From assembly GCA_039096225.1 (NCBI GenBank), contig JBBPEB010000015.1, forward strand, positions 1,240,001 to 1,304,000: DNA of 64,000 nucleotides. The letters are read 5' to 3'. The DNA is from Blastocystis sp. Blastoise (Eukaryota > Protista > Bigyra: Opalinata). The notes beneath the pieces are model-generated. The model saw only the letters and a list, made by a program, of their open reading frames with translations. It was not told the origin of the DNA and searched no databases. Shown one piece after another: positions 1 through 17,750 of the stretch. Position 1 is the first letter of the stretch, and the number at the start of each line of letters is the position of its first letter. Made by a program: the position numbers and the translations under genes.

Positions 1-2769
1 TTAAATATAAAAATTGTTATTATAAATGATAATATATAAATATATATATAAATATAATTATAAATATAAATATATAAATGTGAATAAATATAAATATATA
101 TATAAATATATATAGATATATAAGAATAAATATAATTATAATTAAAAATATAAATATAAATATAAATATATAAATATAAATAAAAATAATATATATAATA
201 TGTATAATAAATAATTTTAAATGACTTACCTATTATATGAAATGAGATTGTTGTGTTATACATTAGATTATCTATGATTCCAAGGGCATAGATAACAAAA
301 TCAAATATACCAACATTTGGATATTGACCCGATATAATACCAGTAGATGAATCTAATGTCATTCCTATAGGAAAAGAAGGAATACTTGTGAAATTTGTGA
401 ATCCACTTGTAGATGGAATAATATTAAATTGATCTATTGAACCGTAACCAGAATATGTAGTATTCTCATAAGATAAATAAAATTGTGTAAGAGGAACATT
501 ACATATATAGATATCAAATAAAGAAAAGGCTACTTTATTAGATTTACCACCATCAGCTATATATATTTTTATAATAGAGAAAAAAAGATTATAGATAATG
601 AATAAATAATTGTACCAAAGATAATACATAATAGCAGATATAATAATAGATAACAATAATATATATGAATGAATAATAATAATAAAGTTAAGTAAAATGA
701 TATAATTGTGTGATAAAAAAATCATTTATATACTTATTGACAATCTAAAACTATTATACACTTTACGATTTGCACGTGTATAAAACATTTCTTTCTGTTT
801 ACGAAGTGAGAATATAAATGAAGGTTTCATATCTATATATTCCCACGGTAATGTTTCATCATTTCTCCCTTCTATTATCCATGCATTTGGATCTCCATTC
901 GATGAAGTACTAGAACTAGCTAACAAATATGCATTCATATAAATAGCACTATAGAAGGTATTTGTAGAATATATAGATAGAATATATATATAATGCATTT
1001 GTAGAATATATATATAATATAAATTATAAAATATAAATAATAAAAAACTTAAATGTATAATGAAAAAAATATTTTGTTTTTTTATGAATATACCTATGAT
1101 TTGGAAGAGTATATATAATTTTCGGTGTATTTGAAGAAGGAGATAAATAATAAGATTCAACATTTAAATCAAATAGATGAGACCCATCATTACTACTTGA
1201 ACTATTTTCGGGATCTGCTTCATATGTACCTCCAGAAAGTAATTGGGTCGAACATTCTATATATATATATGTAGTATTCTTTATATGTAGAATATTCAAT
1301 AGAATAGAATATAAAAGTACATGTATATAAAACTATTATAAAAATATATTTTATAAATATTAATAATAATATATATATACGTCCTTCAGGTAGATCGATT
1401 TGTAATCCAACAACAGAAAAGGGATCTGAAAGATGTAATGTTTCATTATAATGATGTATCTCTATACATAATATTGTTTCACCATTCTCATTTAATAAAA
1501 ACTTTGGAATTGTTAATCTAAAGAATATTTTTTAGATATTAATATAAGATTACAGAAATAGGTAAAAATATTATTATAAGAATACTAAAATTTTTCAATT
1601 ATATATATATATAATAGATGTATATTGACAATTAATAATATATATAATAATGGATATATGAATAAATAATGATTTATACTCTAATAATGGTGCTGCTTCA
1701 TCATTTTCAAATAAGGCATGTGTTTCACCAGTTAGTTGTCCTCTATTATTAGTAAATATATGAATAGTATAGAATAGAATTGAATCAAAACAATAAAAAT
1801 ATGTACTATATTATACATATAAATATGATAAATATATACTGTGGTAATTTATATCTATAAAGTTCTTCTCCTTCTATATAAACAGCAATACCAGATCCAG
1901 TTCTTATAGAGAGCTTCACACCAGCAATAGTTTGTATAGATGTAAATATATGATGAAGTCGATAATAACGAGTAATAGAAGAAAAAGAAGGAAATGTATT
2001 ATTTGTTCCTTGATTCCATATAGAATCATCATAATCTCTTTGAGTCCAAAATGAAGATACTTGAGATATATCTGAATATCTCCAAAAAATATCTTCACTA
2101 ATTACGGGAGGAACTATAAAGATTATTCTTATTTATCGTTATTATTTAATTTATTTTTATTATTATTATTATTTAATTTATTATTTAATTTACTATTATT
2201 ATATTTTTATATAAATTATATATATATTATAAAATGAAATAGAAAATAATAATAAGATACATATTTTATATACATGTAAATGTTATTGTTTTTTCTTTGA
2301 ATGTAGTCCCTAGATGATATGGAATAAAATCTTTAATAATTTCTCTGTTGTTATAAATAATAGTAAAATATGATTGTTCATCTTTCTTACCCCAACCATC
2401 TCCGAATCTAAGAGTAAAGAAAAATTAAAGTAGCAAAATAGAGATATTTTGTATAGATGACAAATTACCTATCTTTCAATTGAATCGTATACAATCCTGG
2501 AGTCACACATAAATCATATGTTTTCGCTTGATTCGAATATATAGATAAGCCTGTTTGAGTAAACAATTTGCTAGTAGATAAATCAGATCCTTTCCAAATA
2601 TTCAAAGTCTGTTCTTCTGCATACTTTGTATACCATATATAAATTTGAAGAGTACTTTCGTCTTCATTACAAGAATAAACTATATTTATTATATATAAAA
2701 CAAAGTCAGTTAATTACCTAAACTCAATCCGAAGAGGCATAAAAGGCATAAACATCGCATATCCATCAT
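1..2769 (-). CDS. Large secreted/surface protein with galactose-binding-like, F5/8 type C (discoidin)-like and putative Ig (He_PIG) domains; multi-exon, 3' end outside window
   Basis: Exon 1 (ATG 2769) gives signal peptide MMDMRCLCLLCLFGLSL. Later exons: LCVTPGLYDSI..GDGWG; WRYSDISQVSSFWTQRDYDDSIW...TRYYR...GIAVYIEGEELYRYKLP (about 1840-2115); YLLASS...DPNAWIIEGRND..WEYID...YNSFRLSI (about 735-970, discoidin-like); FPIGMTLDSSTGIISG (230-556, He_PIG-like). GT-AG introns. Confidence 0.7.
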
Positions 2770-4443
2770 TTTCTATTATTATAAACGAAATAAAAAAAAA
2801 TTGTCTATAAGAATAGTAAGAAGAATAATGAAAAATTCTATTCTTTTTTCTATAATTAAAAAAAAAAGAAATAGAGAAGATGAATACTCGTCGGAATGGT
2901 TTTGTTTACTTGAGAGAATAGCAAGTCTTACGCAATTCATGACACTTCCAAAACAAACCAAATGAATGGTTGCCCTATAATTGTGATCTTTTTAAAGGGC
3001 ATATTCCTCTATAAGTCCGTATTTTTAGAAATTAAGTCTTTTAAAAGAAATATGATTGGCATTTCTATTTTGTTTACAATAGATGCGTCATCATTAGGGT
3101 TTCAAAATAGAGAAAAAAAAAATTCTTTTGTTTGAATAATATTTATTATTATTATATATTCTTTTAATATTTTGTTTTAAAACATAATTTTTAATTGATC
3201 AAAGGATAATCAGATGTATAATAAATATATATTTGTTCCTAAATCCATATTCAAGAAGTTGTGTTTCTTTCCTAAAATGCGTCATTCTTCCACGAAAAAA
3301 TAATAATGGAGAAAAAATTCGATGGTTGTCTCTTTTTGTTTCATTCTAAACCATTCAAATATTGAAATTACTGATATTTAGAATGAATCTATAGAGTATA
3401 TCGATTTGTCTTATGCTAATATAAAAGGAAGATTAGAATAAAACAAAGTAGGTTTTTTGTTGTAATCTGTTCTAGAATCGTTCTCGTTTGTTGTTATAGT
3501 TCATGTATATCCTCAAGTGATTACAAACATAAGTTTATTGATATTGAATAATATTAAAGAAATTATACATTTTGAAATGCAAATAGTTATTAGTTTTAGG
3601 AAAGTTCAGATGAATAAAATGTTGTAGATAAGTAGTAATTTGTAACAGTGAATATAAAATGTTTTTTGTAACTAATTATGTGTGTGTTACTTGCAAAAAA
3701 ATTTTAAAAAAAAATTATAAAATCCTTTAACTCAAGAAAAAAAATTATCTTGGTATTTAACCACACATAACTCTTAAAACAAATTTATATAACGTATGAT
3801 CTTACCAAAAATAATATTTATATTGCATAAGATACATTAATACGTATTAATAATTAAGAAATAATTAGGATCAACATTTCATTTCTAATTAAATCGATGA
3901 ATATTATTATATTTAATTTAGTAATATAATGATAATTCAATTTCTGTTGAATAAATCATCAGTTTTACCACTTTTAGTGATTTCATAGAATAGAATGTGT
4001 AAATATTTTTGGAATCTATTTGATTAAAGATCTTTCTGACATTCTTTCTATATCAAATACACAAAATATATTTAATATATCTTTAATTTCAAAAATGTTA
4101 TTTCAGAATTCAATTAATATTAATACTAATTTTGGTGAAATTAATATTTTCATAACTATGTCAACTAATTAAACTGATAAATTCATAATAAAATAATGAT
4201 TTAAAACAAATCTAAAAGGATGAATGAATTCTCAATCTAAATAATTTCAGTGAATTTCAGTCAACTGTTTTTAAATGCGATAATATTGATTATCTATGAT
4301 TTCTAGCTAAAAAATATAATAAATTCATGGTTATTCTTTTTAACTTGTTTATGGTTTGTTTTTTATTAATTAGGGTAAAAACATACAAATTCTTTATTGA
4401 AGTATACTATAATTTCTTTTTGAATATACTGAGAGAGAGAATC

Positions 4444-7818
<3,375 letters not shown>

Positions 7819-8205
7819 ATTATATATACATACAAATATCTTCTTATATATTTATATCACGAGTTCTTTTTCTTTTTCTTTTTAATCATTAAATGGTATT
7901 ATAAGTCTTTTCATTTTTATACTTTTATTTTTTGACCTTTTCTTTTTGTTTTATAGTGTTTTTTTTTAATTGTTCGTTTTGTATATTTTTTTTATATGTT
8001 TCTATTCGTTTTATATATATTCGATTTTTAGTTATATAAGATTTTATTCAGTTTTTTTTCAATTCATAATCTTTTAAATAAACATAATTTATATAATAGA
8101 TTTAAAAACCCAAACAATTCATGAGAAAATCCATATATAGTAAAGAAAAAAGTAAAATATCATAAATAAACTACAAACACAGATATGCAACCCTTAAAAC
8201 AATAA

Positions 8206-8813
8206 TTAATCAAGATTCTTCTGTAAGGTAATTCCACGATTACGAAGATCTTCTTGTGTTTCTTCTGGTAATTGACCTGTCACTTGAATAGCATACATAC
8301 CACATTTCAAAGAACCTATATATATGAGAGAAAATATAACGATTTAGAGATAACAATATGTATATGAAATAATATAATAATTAATATTCTTCTTATTTTC
8401 AGAATTATATACAAGATAATTAACATATATATATATACCAATTCCTTCCCAATTAGCTACCCAACTTTCAGTATTCTCAAACATAGAAATTAATCTAGAA
8501 AATATAAAAAAAATACATTACAAAGAAAATAATTGATAACTTATAAAAAAATTAATTTTACAATATACCCATCAAAGTAAATGGATGTATACTGTTCAAC
8601 AAGATCATAATCTTCCTTCATATGTAAGAAATCATCACAATTATCACAACCATCGTTGTAAAACTATAATTAAATAGTGATCTATAAATAGAAAAAAAAT
8701 GTAAGACATACTTGATCTTTTGTTTTGACAAGATGACAACGTTTGCAAGCACATAATGAGTTTACATCAGCTGGAATATCAGCAAACCTTTCTGGATCTA
8801 ATTCTCCGTTCAT
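8206..8813 (-). CDS. SPT4: Transcription elongation factor Spt4, 4 exons (absent from ORF track)
   Basis: Spliced: MNGELDPERFADIPADVNSLCACKRCHLVKTKDQ|FYNDGCDNCDDFLHMKEDYDLVEQYTSIYFDG|LISMFENTESWVANWEGI|GSLKCGMYAIQVTGQLPEE...LD*. Spt4 zinc-finger pattern. Confidence 0.95.
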
Positions 8814-9073
8814 TCTAAAATCAATATATAATTAATTATGAATCTTAAAAGATTATATAGAGTCTATTTGATTCAAATTATTTTCAAAAAACAAAACCAT
8901 TATAGAATTTGACTATTCTTCAAAAATAAACGAAATAAATGAAATTTCAACGGTAATTGAAAAGAAGGTAGTTCATAATTATGATTTTTATAGTATTACT
9001 ATTATCCATTAAAACAGAACATCGTCAGGTATAAATAAGTCGATCATATGCTATTTATTATCTATATGTAGTT

Positions 9074-12000
9074 ATGGACATAGAAGATGACAAGAAAAGT
9101 AAAAGTACAACAACTTTTGGTACAGATTGTGAATCAAATTCCTCAGATCATATAATTGAAAATGGATTAGAATTACACAATATATGTTATGGTGATAACA
9201 CAAATGAAACTAATCATCAGAATGAATTAGTTTTGCCACCAAATAATTACTTTAGTATTTATCATTTCTATGTTTTTTGTAATCTTTATAATATATAGAT
9301 GATAAAAAAAAAAGATATGAATACGTTAATAAAAGTCAATCTTTTCCTAGTTCCAACGAAATGTCAAACGATTCTGATAATGAAGTGTATCCGTTAAGGG
9401 ATAAGAATTTTTCTACTATTGAAAATGGTAAAGATTTGTGTTTGGAAAATTCGTTGACTGTTTTTAATGGAATTGAAACCATTCCGTCCAGTAGCTCAAG
9501 AGATATAACTCGTGTTGTGATTGAATCCGATAGTGAAGATTTATGTGATCAATCTTTGAATCAAATTCATGTAGATAATAAACATAAGGATTCTATTGAT
9601 AATGATTCAATATCTGTTAATAGTATTGATAATGAAAGTTCTCCAATGTCTCCTACTTATCCATCTCAATATTATGATATAAACCAATATCAAAATAAAG
9701 ATAGTAATGTGTATAATATAGAAATAAATAGAAATAATGATAAACAATTAGTTGAAAATAAAGATTCTATCCTAAATACAATTGAAATGGAAAATAAGGT
9801 AGTTCATTCATCGACACAACAAGATGAAATGCATATAGAGAAGTCTTTTAATAATAATAATAATATCTCAGATAATAATATATCAGATAGTATTAATAAT
9901 AAACGAAATAATAATCTCTCAGATAATAATATTTTCTCAGATAATAAACGAAATAATAATATCTCAGATAATAAACTAAATAATAATATCTCAGATAATA
10001 AACTAAATAATAATATCTCAGATAATAATAATTTCTCAGATAATAATAATATCTCAGATAATAATAATAATATGCGTACTCATTCATTATCCAATAATAT
10101 ATCATCATCACCATCATTATCTCCTCCTTCTCCTCTTATTCATCCTACTATACTATCTTCTCCTCTGTTTTCTCTTCCTGTTTCATCGCTACCATCAGAA
10201 ACAATCATATATAAACCAACATCAATCTATGAATCATTTATTACAAATATAAATCAATTATATCTTTCTTCTCAAAATAAGATTTCTATTCCTAATGATA
10301 TTGCATCTCATTACTATATACTATATTCATTATCATTAGATACATCACATCTATATCTACCCAAATCTATTATAATCATACCTTCTTTAGATATGCAAAT
10401 AACATGCCTCCTTGAGTCTATTCCATTAACAGATATTACATTACAATATATTGAAAGTGATTCTTCATTTAATGATATATATATCAATAAAAACTATTCT
10501 ATTCATACGCTCCTTGAAAACTATTTATTTCCTTCTATTAGTATATATTTAAAAACATATCATAATCATACAAATAATATAAGTTTATTAACTGAACATG
10601 ATATATATAATTCATTTCATTATATATCAAACACAAGTATACATATACTTTCACAAGAATTCCATAATCAATCATTATATACATTAATTACACTTACTAA
10701 TTATTTATATACATATTATAAAAATCAAGATTTATCTCTACTTTGGGATATATTCACAAAATATAAACATTATTTATATACTCAAATCTCTTATCAATCT
10801 ATACACCTATCTCAAGTATATATGTAATTATATGAATACACTTTTCTATATTCTATTCTATTCTTTATATATATATAGAATTATTTTATTCATTATATTA
10901 CCTATATAAATTGCTTATTTTATCAATTTCAAAAGTGTTTTCAATGTACAATAATCTCTTCAGAACATATATCTTGTTTTATATATACTTGGATTCAATC
11001 ACTTCTTGTTCTTCTTATTCCCAAGATAATTCCTTTTAAATCCACTGAAGATGGTTTAATTCCAATGGAAATAATTACTGACAAAGAACAAGAAGTTTTT
11101 TTGTGGGGAATTGGGCAATGGTTTCTTACATGTATTCATTATAAGTATATATATATAGTTTATATATTTATTATAATATATTTATTATAATAATAAATAT
11201 ATAGACAAGATCCATGGAAATATCTTTCATCGATTCTTTGTACTACTTCTTTCACTATATATGAGAATAACTGTTGGAATATAGATCGAACAAATCCTTC
11301 ATTATCAACTCTTCTGCCTCTCTTTCAATCTCCATATAATTATAAAGATATTATTATATATAAAGAGAAAGAAGAATCTTTGTTATATATCTGTCGACTA
11401 TATACATTCTTTTATATTCTAAAATCTTATCTTTATTATTGTAAAGATCATGAAATCTCTTCTTCTTGTTGGTCCTATATTTGTTCTATGATCCCTGATC
11501 TTATGATTCATAATAAACAAAAATCAACTATAACAAATAATAATAAATATTCTAATAAGAATATATCCATTTCTCGTAATAATATTCCTTCTTCTCATTT
11601 AAATTCATCATTATCGTCGAATATTATAGATTCTCAAATGTTTCTCTATCTATATATATATATATCTATTCTCTTACTTCTTCCTCCTCCTCCTTATACA
11701 TGTATTAATAAACTTCTTACACCTCTTCTTAATACTGTCAATATATGTATTTATTATTATTATTATTTATTATTATTATTATTATATTTTTATTTATAAT
11801 TATTATGTTTTATATTTATTATTATTTATTATTATTTATTATTATATATTATTATATTTTTATTTATTATCATGTGTTATTATATATTCAATATATAGTA
11901 TATTCAATGAAACCTCAAAATCTATCTTTATTTTCAACATCATCAAAAACACATTCTTGCTGTCAATTTGATTTTTTCCCTACGGTTATTAATATGGATA

Positions 12001-12182
12001 CTATATATACTTTTCATTGTTCTTGTCAACAATCAAATAGTAATTATCAATTATGTATTTGTAAATATCCAATTCTTTGGTATATTCTTAGTTTTTCTAT
12101 TTATTTTGTTATATACATATATATAGTACATGCTGCATTCCTATTTTCTTCCGAAATCTACTTCTTTCTCCAGATTTTCCTT

Positions 12183-12236
<54 letters not shown>

Positions 12237-12530
12237 TATCTACTTTTGTATCTATTAGTTCTATAAAGGAAATTAGTATCTCTACTCTTCTTCATAATAT
12301 ATTCACGTTATGCCATTATATAATTACAAATATACCATCAAATCAAATTATTAATTATATTTATATCATACTACGTAATTTAAAATCTTTTAATCTTTAT
12401 ATTATTATGTATTTCTTTTATATATGTATGTATTTATCACCATCACAATATTACTCTATTATATTGAAGGCATTCATCAATATTGACTATATCTCACTGT
12501 ATATATAATGTTATACTATATATAATGTTA

Positions 12531-12565
<35 letters not shown>

Positions 12566-13959
12566 GTATAAGTCCTTCTCTTCCTTCGTCTTTATCTCCT
12601 TATATCACTGAGATTCAACATACTATTCTTTTACGTTATTATACTTATACACTTATATTCTCATTCAATACACGTATATATATATATATATTTATTATTA
12701 TATTTATTATTATATCTATTATTATATTTATTATTATATTTCTTAATCACTATCTATAAATTCTTCTATTTTATATCAATTTAGAATCTTTTGAGAATGT
12801 TTTATCTGCATATATATCTCTTCTTTCTTCTTCTATTTCTCTATTTCTTACACCTTCAGATTGTCAAATGGACTTTTTATCTCTTTCTTTATCTTCACTT
12901 CAATTACTTCTCTATAAATATAAACAATTACATATACAAGAGATAACAACATATATACCTTTATTTGAAATAATTCCCACGATTATTCAACAATTAATTC
13001 CACTTGTTATTGATATTCATAATAATGCAAATCTAGCCATGTATAATATTTTATTTATTCTATTTATTTTATTTATTTTATTTATTCTATTTAATATATT
13101 ATTTTTATTATTATGATTCTACTTATTATGATTATCTAATTATAAATACCTTATATATATATAGTACAATATTCTCATTGATTTCTACTTATTTCTCGAC
13201 ACTTCTTTTTCCTCTTCCAAATTCATTTCAGCCTATTCTCATGAATATTTCAAAATTACTTCCAACATTTCAACAGTTTCCAGGATTATATTCGAATCTA
13301 CTTAAGGAATTTCAGTCGAACTCAATAGAACATTCTATTACTGTTCAAAAAGATATTGAAATGTATAGATTTAATTATATACTAGATCTCCTCTTTATAT
13401 ACTATATATATTATATTATATATTATATATTATATATTATATGTAGGTATACTTATATATATGATCTCTCTGTATCTACTCTTCTTCTCTTTGAATATTC
13501 ATCCATTCTTCATGCTACTACATATATATATAATCTATCTTCTCTTTTTCAGCAATATTCAGTCAACTCTTCAGTCCCTATAGATTCCTATAAATTTTAT
13601 ATGGCTCTATTTGAAAAACTCATTGATAACCGCGGTAATAAACAAATTACTGCAGAATCGTCTTCATTATTGACTTTAATTTTCTATCATATTTTTCATG
13701 TACATATATATATTCTTTTATAATATATATATATATAAATTTTACATTGTCTTTATATTTAAATAATATACATATATGTGTATAGGATGATATACAAGTA
13801 TTAATTGAACGAATTATAGCTTTATTTCCCTTATCTCTTTACGAAAATAATCATGGGAATAATAGTATTTTTGATCATTTATATTGTTCTGTCATAAAAC
13901 AATATCAACAATTATTAGTATAAAAATATCCATTATATATTTATTTCTATTACCATCAA

Positions 13960-14046
<87 letters not shown>

Positions 14047-14649
14047 TATCTCCAAGTCCTTTAGTATCTTCTGCTTATACTCTCTTTACTTCTCTTTCTC
14101 TTTCTCTTTCTTCTTCTCTATATACAAATATACAGAACAAACAAATATTGAATCAATTTATAAATCAATTTTTAGATCAATGGCAACAAGAGTATAGATT
14201 ATATAATATAGATATAGAGAAAGATCAACAGATATATACTACTATACAATTACTAAAGAAAAAACAGGATGAAAAAGTAAAAGATAGAAATGAACTGAAT
14301 ATATCACATGATCCTAACGGGAGTGATGAACTTCAGGCACGTGCTACTATAGAAGAAGAAGAAGATAATGAGAATTGCTTATATTATCGTTATTTATATA
14401 AGAATAATAGTTATGTATCTCTTTTACTTGTGTTTATTGATCATCCTCAAGTATATCTATATATATATATATATAGTATTCTATTTATTAAATTATTATT
14501 TAACCGTTATATACTGTTATTATTATTAAATTATTATTAAATTATTATTAAATTATTATTTTATTATTATATAGATATTTTATAATCCTCAAGAGAATTC
14601 TGTAATCCATAAATTTATTTATATTTACTTTAATTCATTATTTAGTATA

Positions 14650-14680
<31 letters not shown>

Positions 14681-15472
14681 GAAATCATATATATATATAT
14701 ATATATATATATAGAAGACCAAGCTGAAATTATTTCTAAATATGAATATATTTATGTATATATATATATATATATTCCTACAATAATTTTTATAAATATA
14801 TATATATAAATAAATCTATATAAATAAATATAAATTTATATATATAGTATCCTCTTCTTCTACCTCTTTTTTCTTCTTCTTCGTTCTTTTCTCCTTCATC
14901 AATATACTTTACACAAAGAGTATCTCTCTATTTCAAACAACTATTTAAATATTTATACACAAATGGAGATATCAAATATATATGTATATATTTGAATAAA
15001 TGTCAAAATTGTATATATATTTTTTATTCTAAACATTTATTGTTGTATTTTATAATATATACGTATATATACATATACATATTATTCCTTTACATATAAA
15101 ATACTCCTCTATACCTATTTATATAGATAATATTTCGCATTATCTTTTTGATACTTATATATATAACTCGTTGATATCAGCACCTTCTTCTATATATAAA
15201 TTCCTTTTACTTTATTATTATACTTCAAATCCCTATATATTTCAAGAGAATCATTCGTCTCTTTTGAATACAATATATATATCTATGTATAAAGAAATAC
15301 ATATAGATATAAAAGAAATAAAAGAAGATGAAGAAGAAACAATGTTATTACTTAAAGATATTGATATATATACTGTTAATTGCGTTCTTAGAGGGATCTT
15401 TTGGGGGATTTGGGGATTAAATACTCATCAGAATGAAGATGCAATGTATATTTTATATATAAACATAAATAT

Positions 15473-15505
<33 letters not shown>

Positions 15506-16237
15506 ATTTACTATAATGATATTGTATAGAGACATATTATCGATGTATTTTCATCTTCTTCTACTTCTTCTTTGTTTACCTACAACATCCTATACTACAT
15601 ATATTTACGGGGATTCTGTGTCCTCAGAAATCACACCTTGTTATATAGATATATATATGAAACAAAATAATATTCTAGTTCGTTTATTATTATTATATAT
15701 TATTCTTCTCTATAAAATAGAACAAGATAACTTTACAATCCCTGTTTCTTTGTCCAGAGAGTATCATTTTCTATATACACAATTCACGGCACAAAACACA
15801 AATCCATATATAAAACAGTATTCTTCACTTAGTCAATCACCTTTATCAGTATAAATATATATATGTATACATTTATAATTAATTATATTTTTTTAGAATA
15901 ATCACGGGAATCTTTCAAGATCGCTGAATGAATGGAGGGTATCTATTCAACAATTATCAATTCATTCAATTCATATACTTTTAAAAAATATTTATGATGT
16001 ATATATATACAGATTTATTTATATAGTCATTATTATGTATTTACTCATTAATATATATATATATCAATAATATTCATATTAATATATTAATTTATTAGCA
16101 TATAAAAATATTAAATATTGTATGTATATGATCAGCATCTTCTATTTATTATTTTTTTCTAACAATCTATATTAATATTTCTCTAGGTAATTTGTTCTTA
16201 TGATTGTGTAAGTAACTATGTATCACAATTTATTTAA
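9074..16237 (+). CDS. Large multi-exon unknown protein: disordered Asn/Ser-rich N-terminus then helical body (faint MMS22L-like resemblance)
   Basis: Long exon about 9299-10816 with SDNN repeats, then many GT-AG-bounded exons, ending VICSYDCVSNYVSQFI* at 16237. The family guess is from memory and weak. Confidence 0.6.
9860..10070 (+). repeat. Coding tandem repeat (ISDNN/ISDNK units)
   Basis: About 8 imperfect copies of ATCTCAGATAATAA. Confidence 0.85.
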
Positions 16238-16582
16238 TAAATAGAAAATTGAATAATAAATACATATAGAATGATTTTCATTTGATTTCATATTATTTTA
16301 TGAAAACTACTATTGTTTTAGTAATCATATTTTTTGTTCCGTTTTGTTTCGTTTATTCATATATAGAACAAAAGAGTTACATGTTCTCTCTTAATTCATT
16401 ACTATTGTTATATATTATAAATTGAATAATAAATATATATATATATATTAATTCTATATGAATACGTCAAGCATCGCTTATGAATACAACAACAAAACAA
16501 ATAATAACAACTTAAACAACTGAAAACATAGAATTATTAAGAATATCGATAAAACACAACTGTGCATGAATTTTATGTAAAT

Positions 16583-16715
16583 AAATAAATAAATAAATAT
16601 TCTTAAACATAAATAACAATATTTTCTTTTAAATAAATAAATATTCTTAAACATAAATAACAGTATATTTTTTTAAATAAATAAATATTCTTAAACATAA
16701 ATAACAATACATTTT
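16583..16715. repeat. About 45-bp tandem repeat x3 in MTHFS 3' UTR
   Basis: aaataaataaatattcttaaacataaataaca(a/g)ta repeated three times just past the stop codon. Confidence 0.85.
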
Positions 16716-16718
16716 TTG

Positions 16719-17484
16719 TTATTCCTTCTTAAACAAATATGTATTTGAAATAATATAATCTAATTTCTTATCTGTTTCTGACATTGGTACCAATGGAATT
16801 ATTTGCTCATCAAAACCAATACCCTATAGATAATATATATATAATAAATAATAATTAAAAAATAGCATACAACAAGTGTAGGAAAAGCAACTTTATTCTT
16901 TGTACACCATGAAGAATACTTTTCAAAGAAAATATCTATGGAATAATAATATTAATATATAATCAATACTTAGATGCATAAATATTTATGCATATACCAT
17001 AGAATCCCTTTCCATGACCACAACGATTACAATGACTATCAAAAGCAACACCAGGAACGATAATTAAATCAAGTTTCTTTTCAGGATGATTCCATAAGTT
17101 ACGTTCTTCGTTATTTATAGGTATAGGTATTCCCCATTTATCTTTTGGAAAATCTAAAACTTCTTCTTTTGATAATAATTCAACCATTTCGATATCTTGA
17201 GGAGAAACTATTTGTGGAACAAAGCAGTATCTTTTGTTTTTTAATGAGTCCAGAAAAATACTGTCTGTATTTACTTCACAAGACATTGGAAGATAAAAAG
17301 CTATAGATTTCGCACTTTTGTATTCATTTAAAGCACTTAATTTCTTAAATATATTTGAACTTTGCTCTTCCTTGTTTTCCTTAGATAAACCTTTTAAAAC
17401 AACTTGAATATTCTTACGGATTACTTTCTTTTCGACTTGCATTACTTTTAATAACGGAACTACTTTACTTGTTTGTGTGAACAT
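16719..17484 (-). CDS. MTHFS: 5-formyltetrahydrofolate cyclo-ligase, 3 exons
   Basis: KKVIRK, IAFYLPMSCEVNT, DKWGIPIP, LDLIIVPGVAFDSHCNRCGHGKGFYD, GIGFDEQI..VPMSETDKKLDYI. The start may be 17484 or the Met of MQVEKK (17442). Confidence 0.95.
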
Positions 17485-17750
17485 AAATCTTTGTGTAACT
17501 TTTATCAAGTTTTAAACAAGTATAGATCGATAACCTATCTTTTTGAATAAAATTGAATAAATAGAATTAAAATCAAGGGTTTTTCGAAATTGTGTGTCAA
17601 CTAGAAGAAATTACCATGGTTTCAATAATCTTTTTATTAGTTCGATTTATATCTTAATTGCTTGTTGTCTATCATAATATAGGTCGTTTATTGATATCCA
17701 TAGGTTTTAGAATCTTATTAAACTAATTATTTTGAATAATATACTGAATT

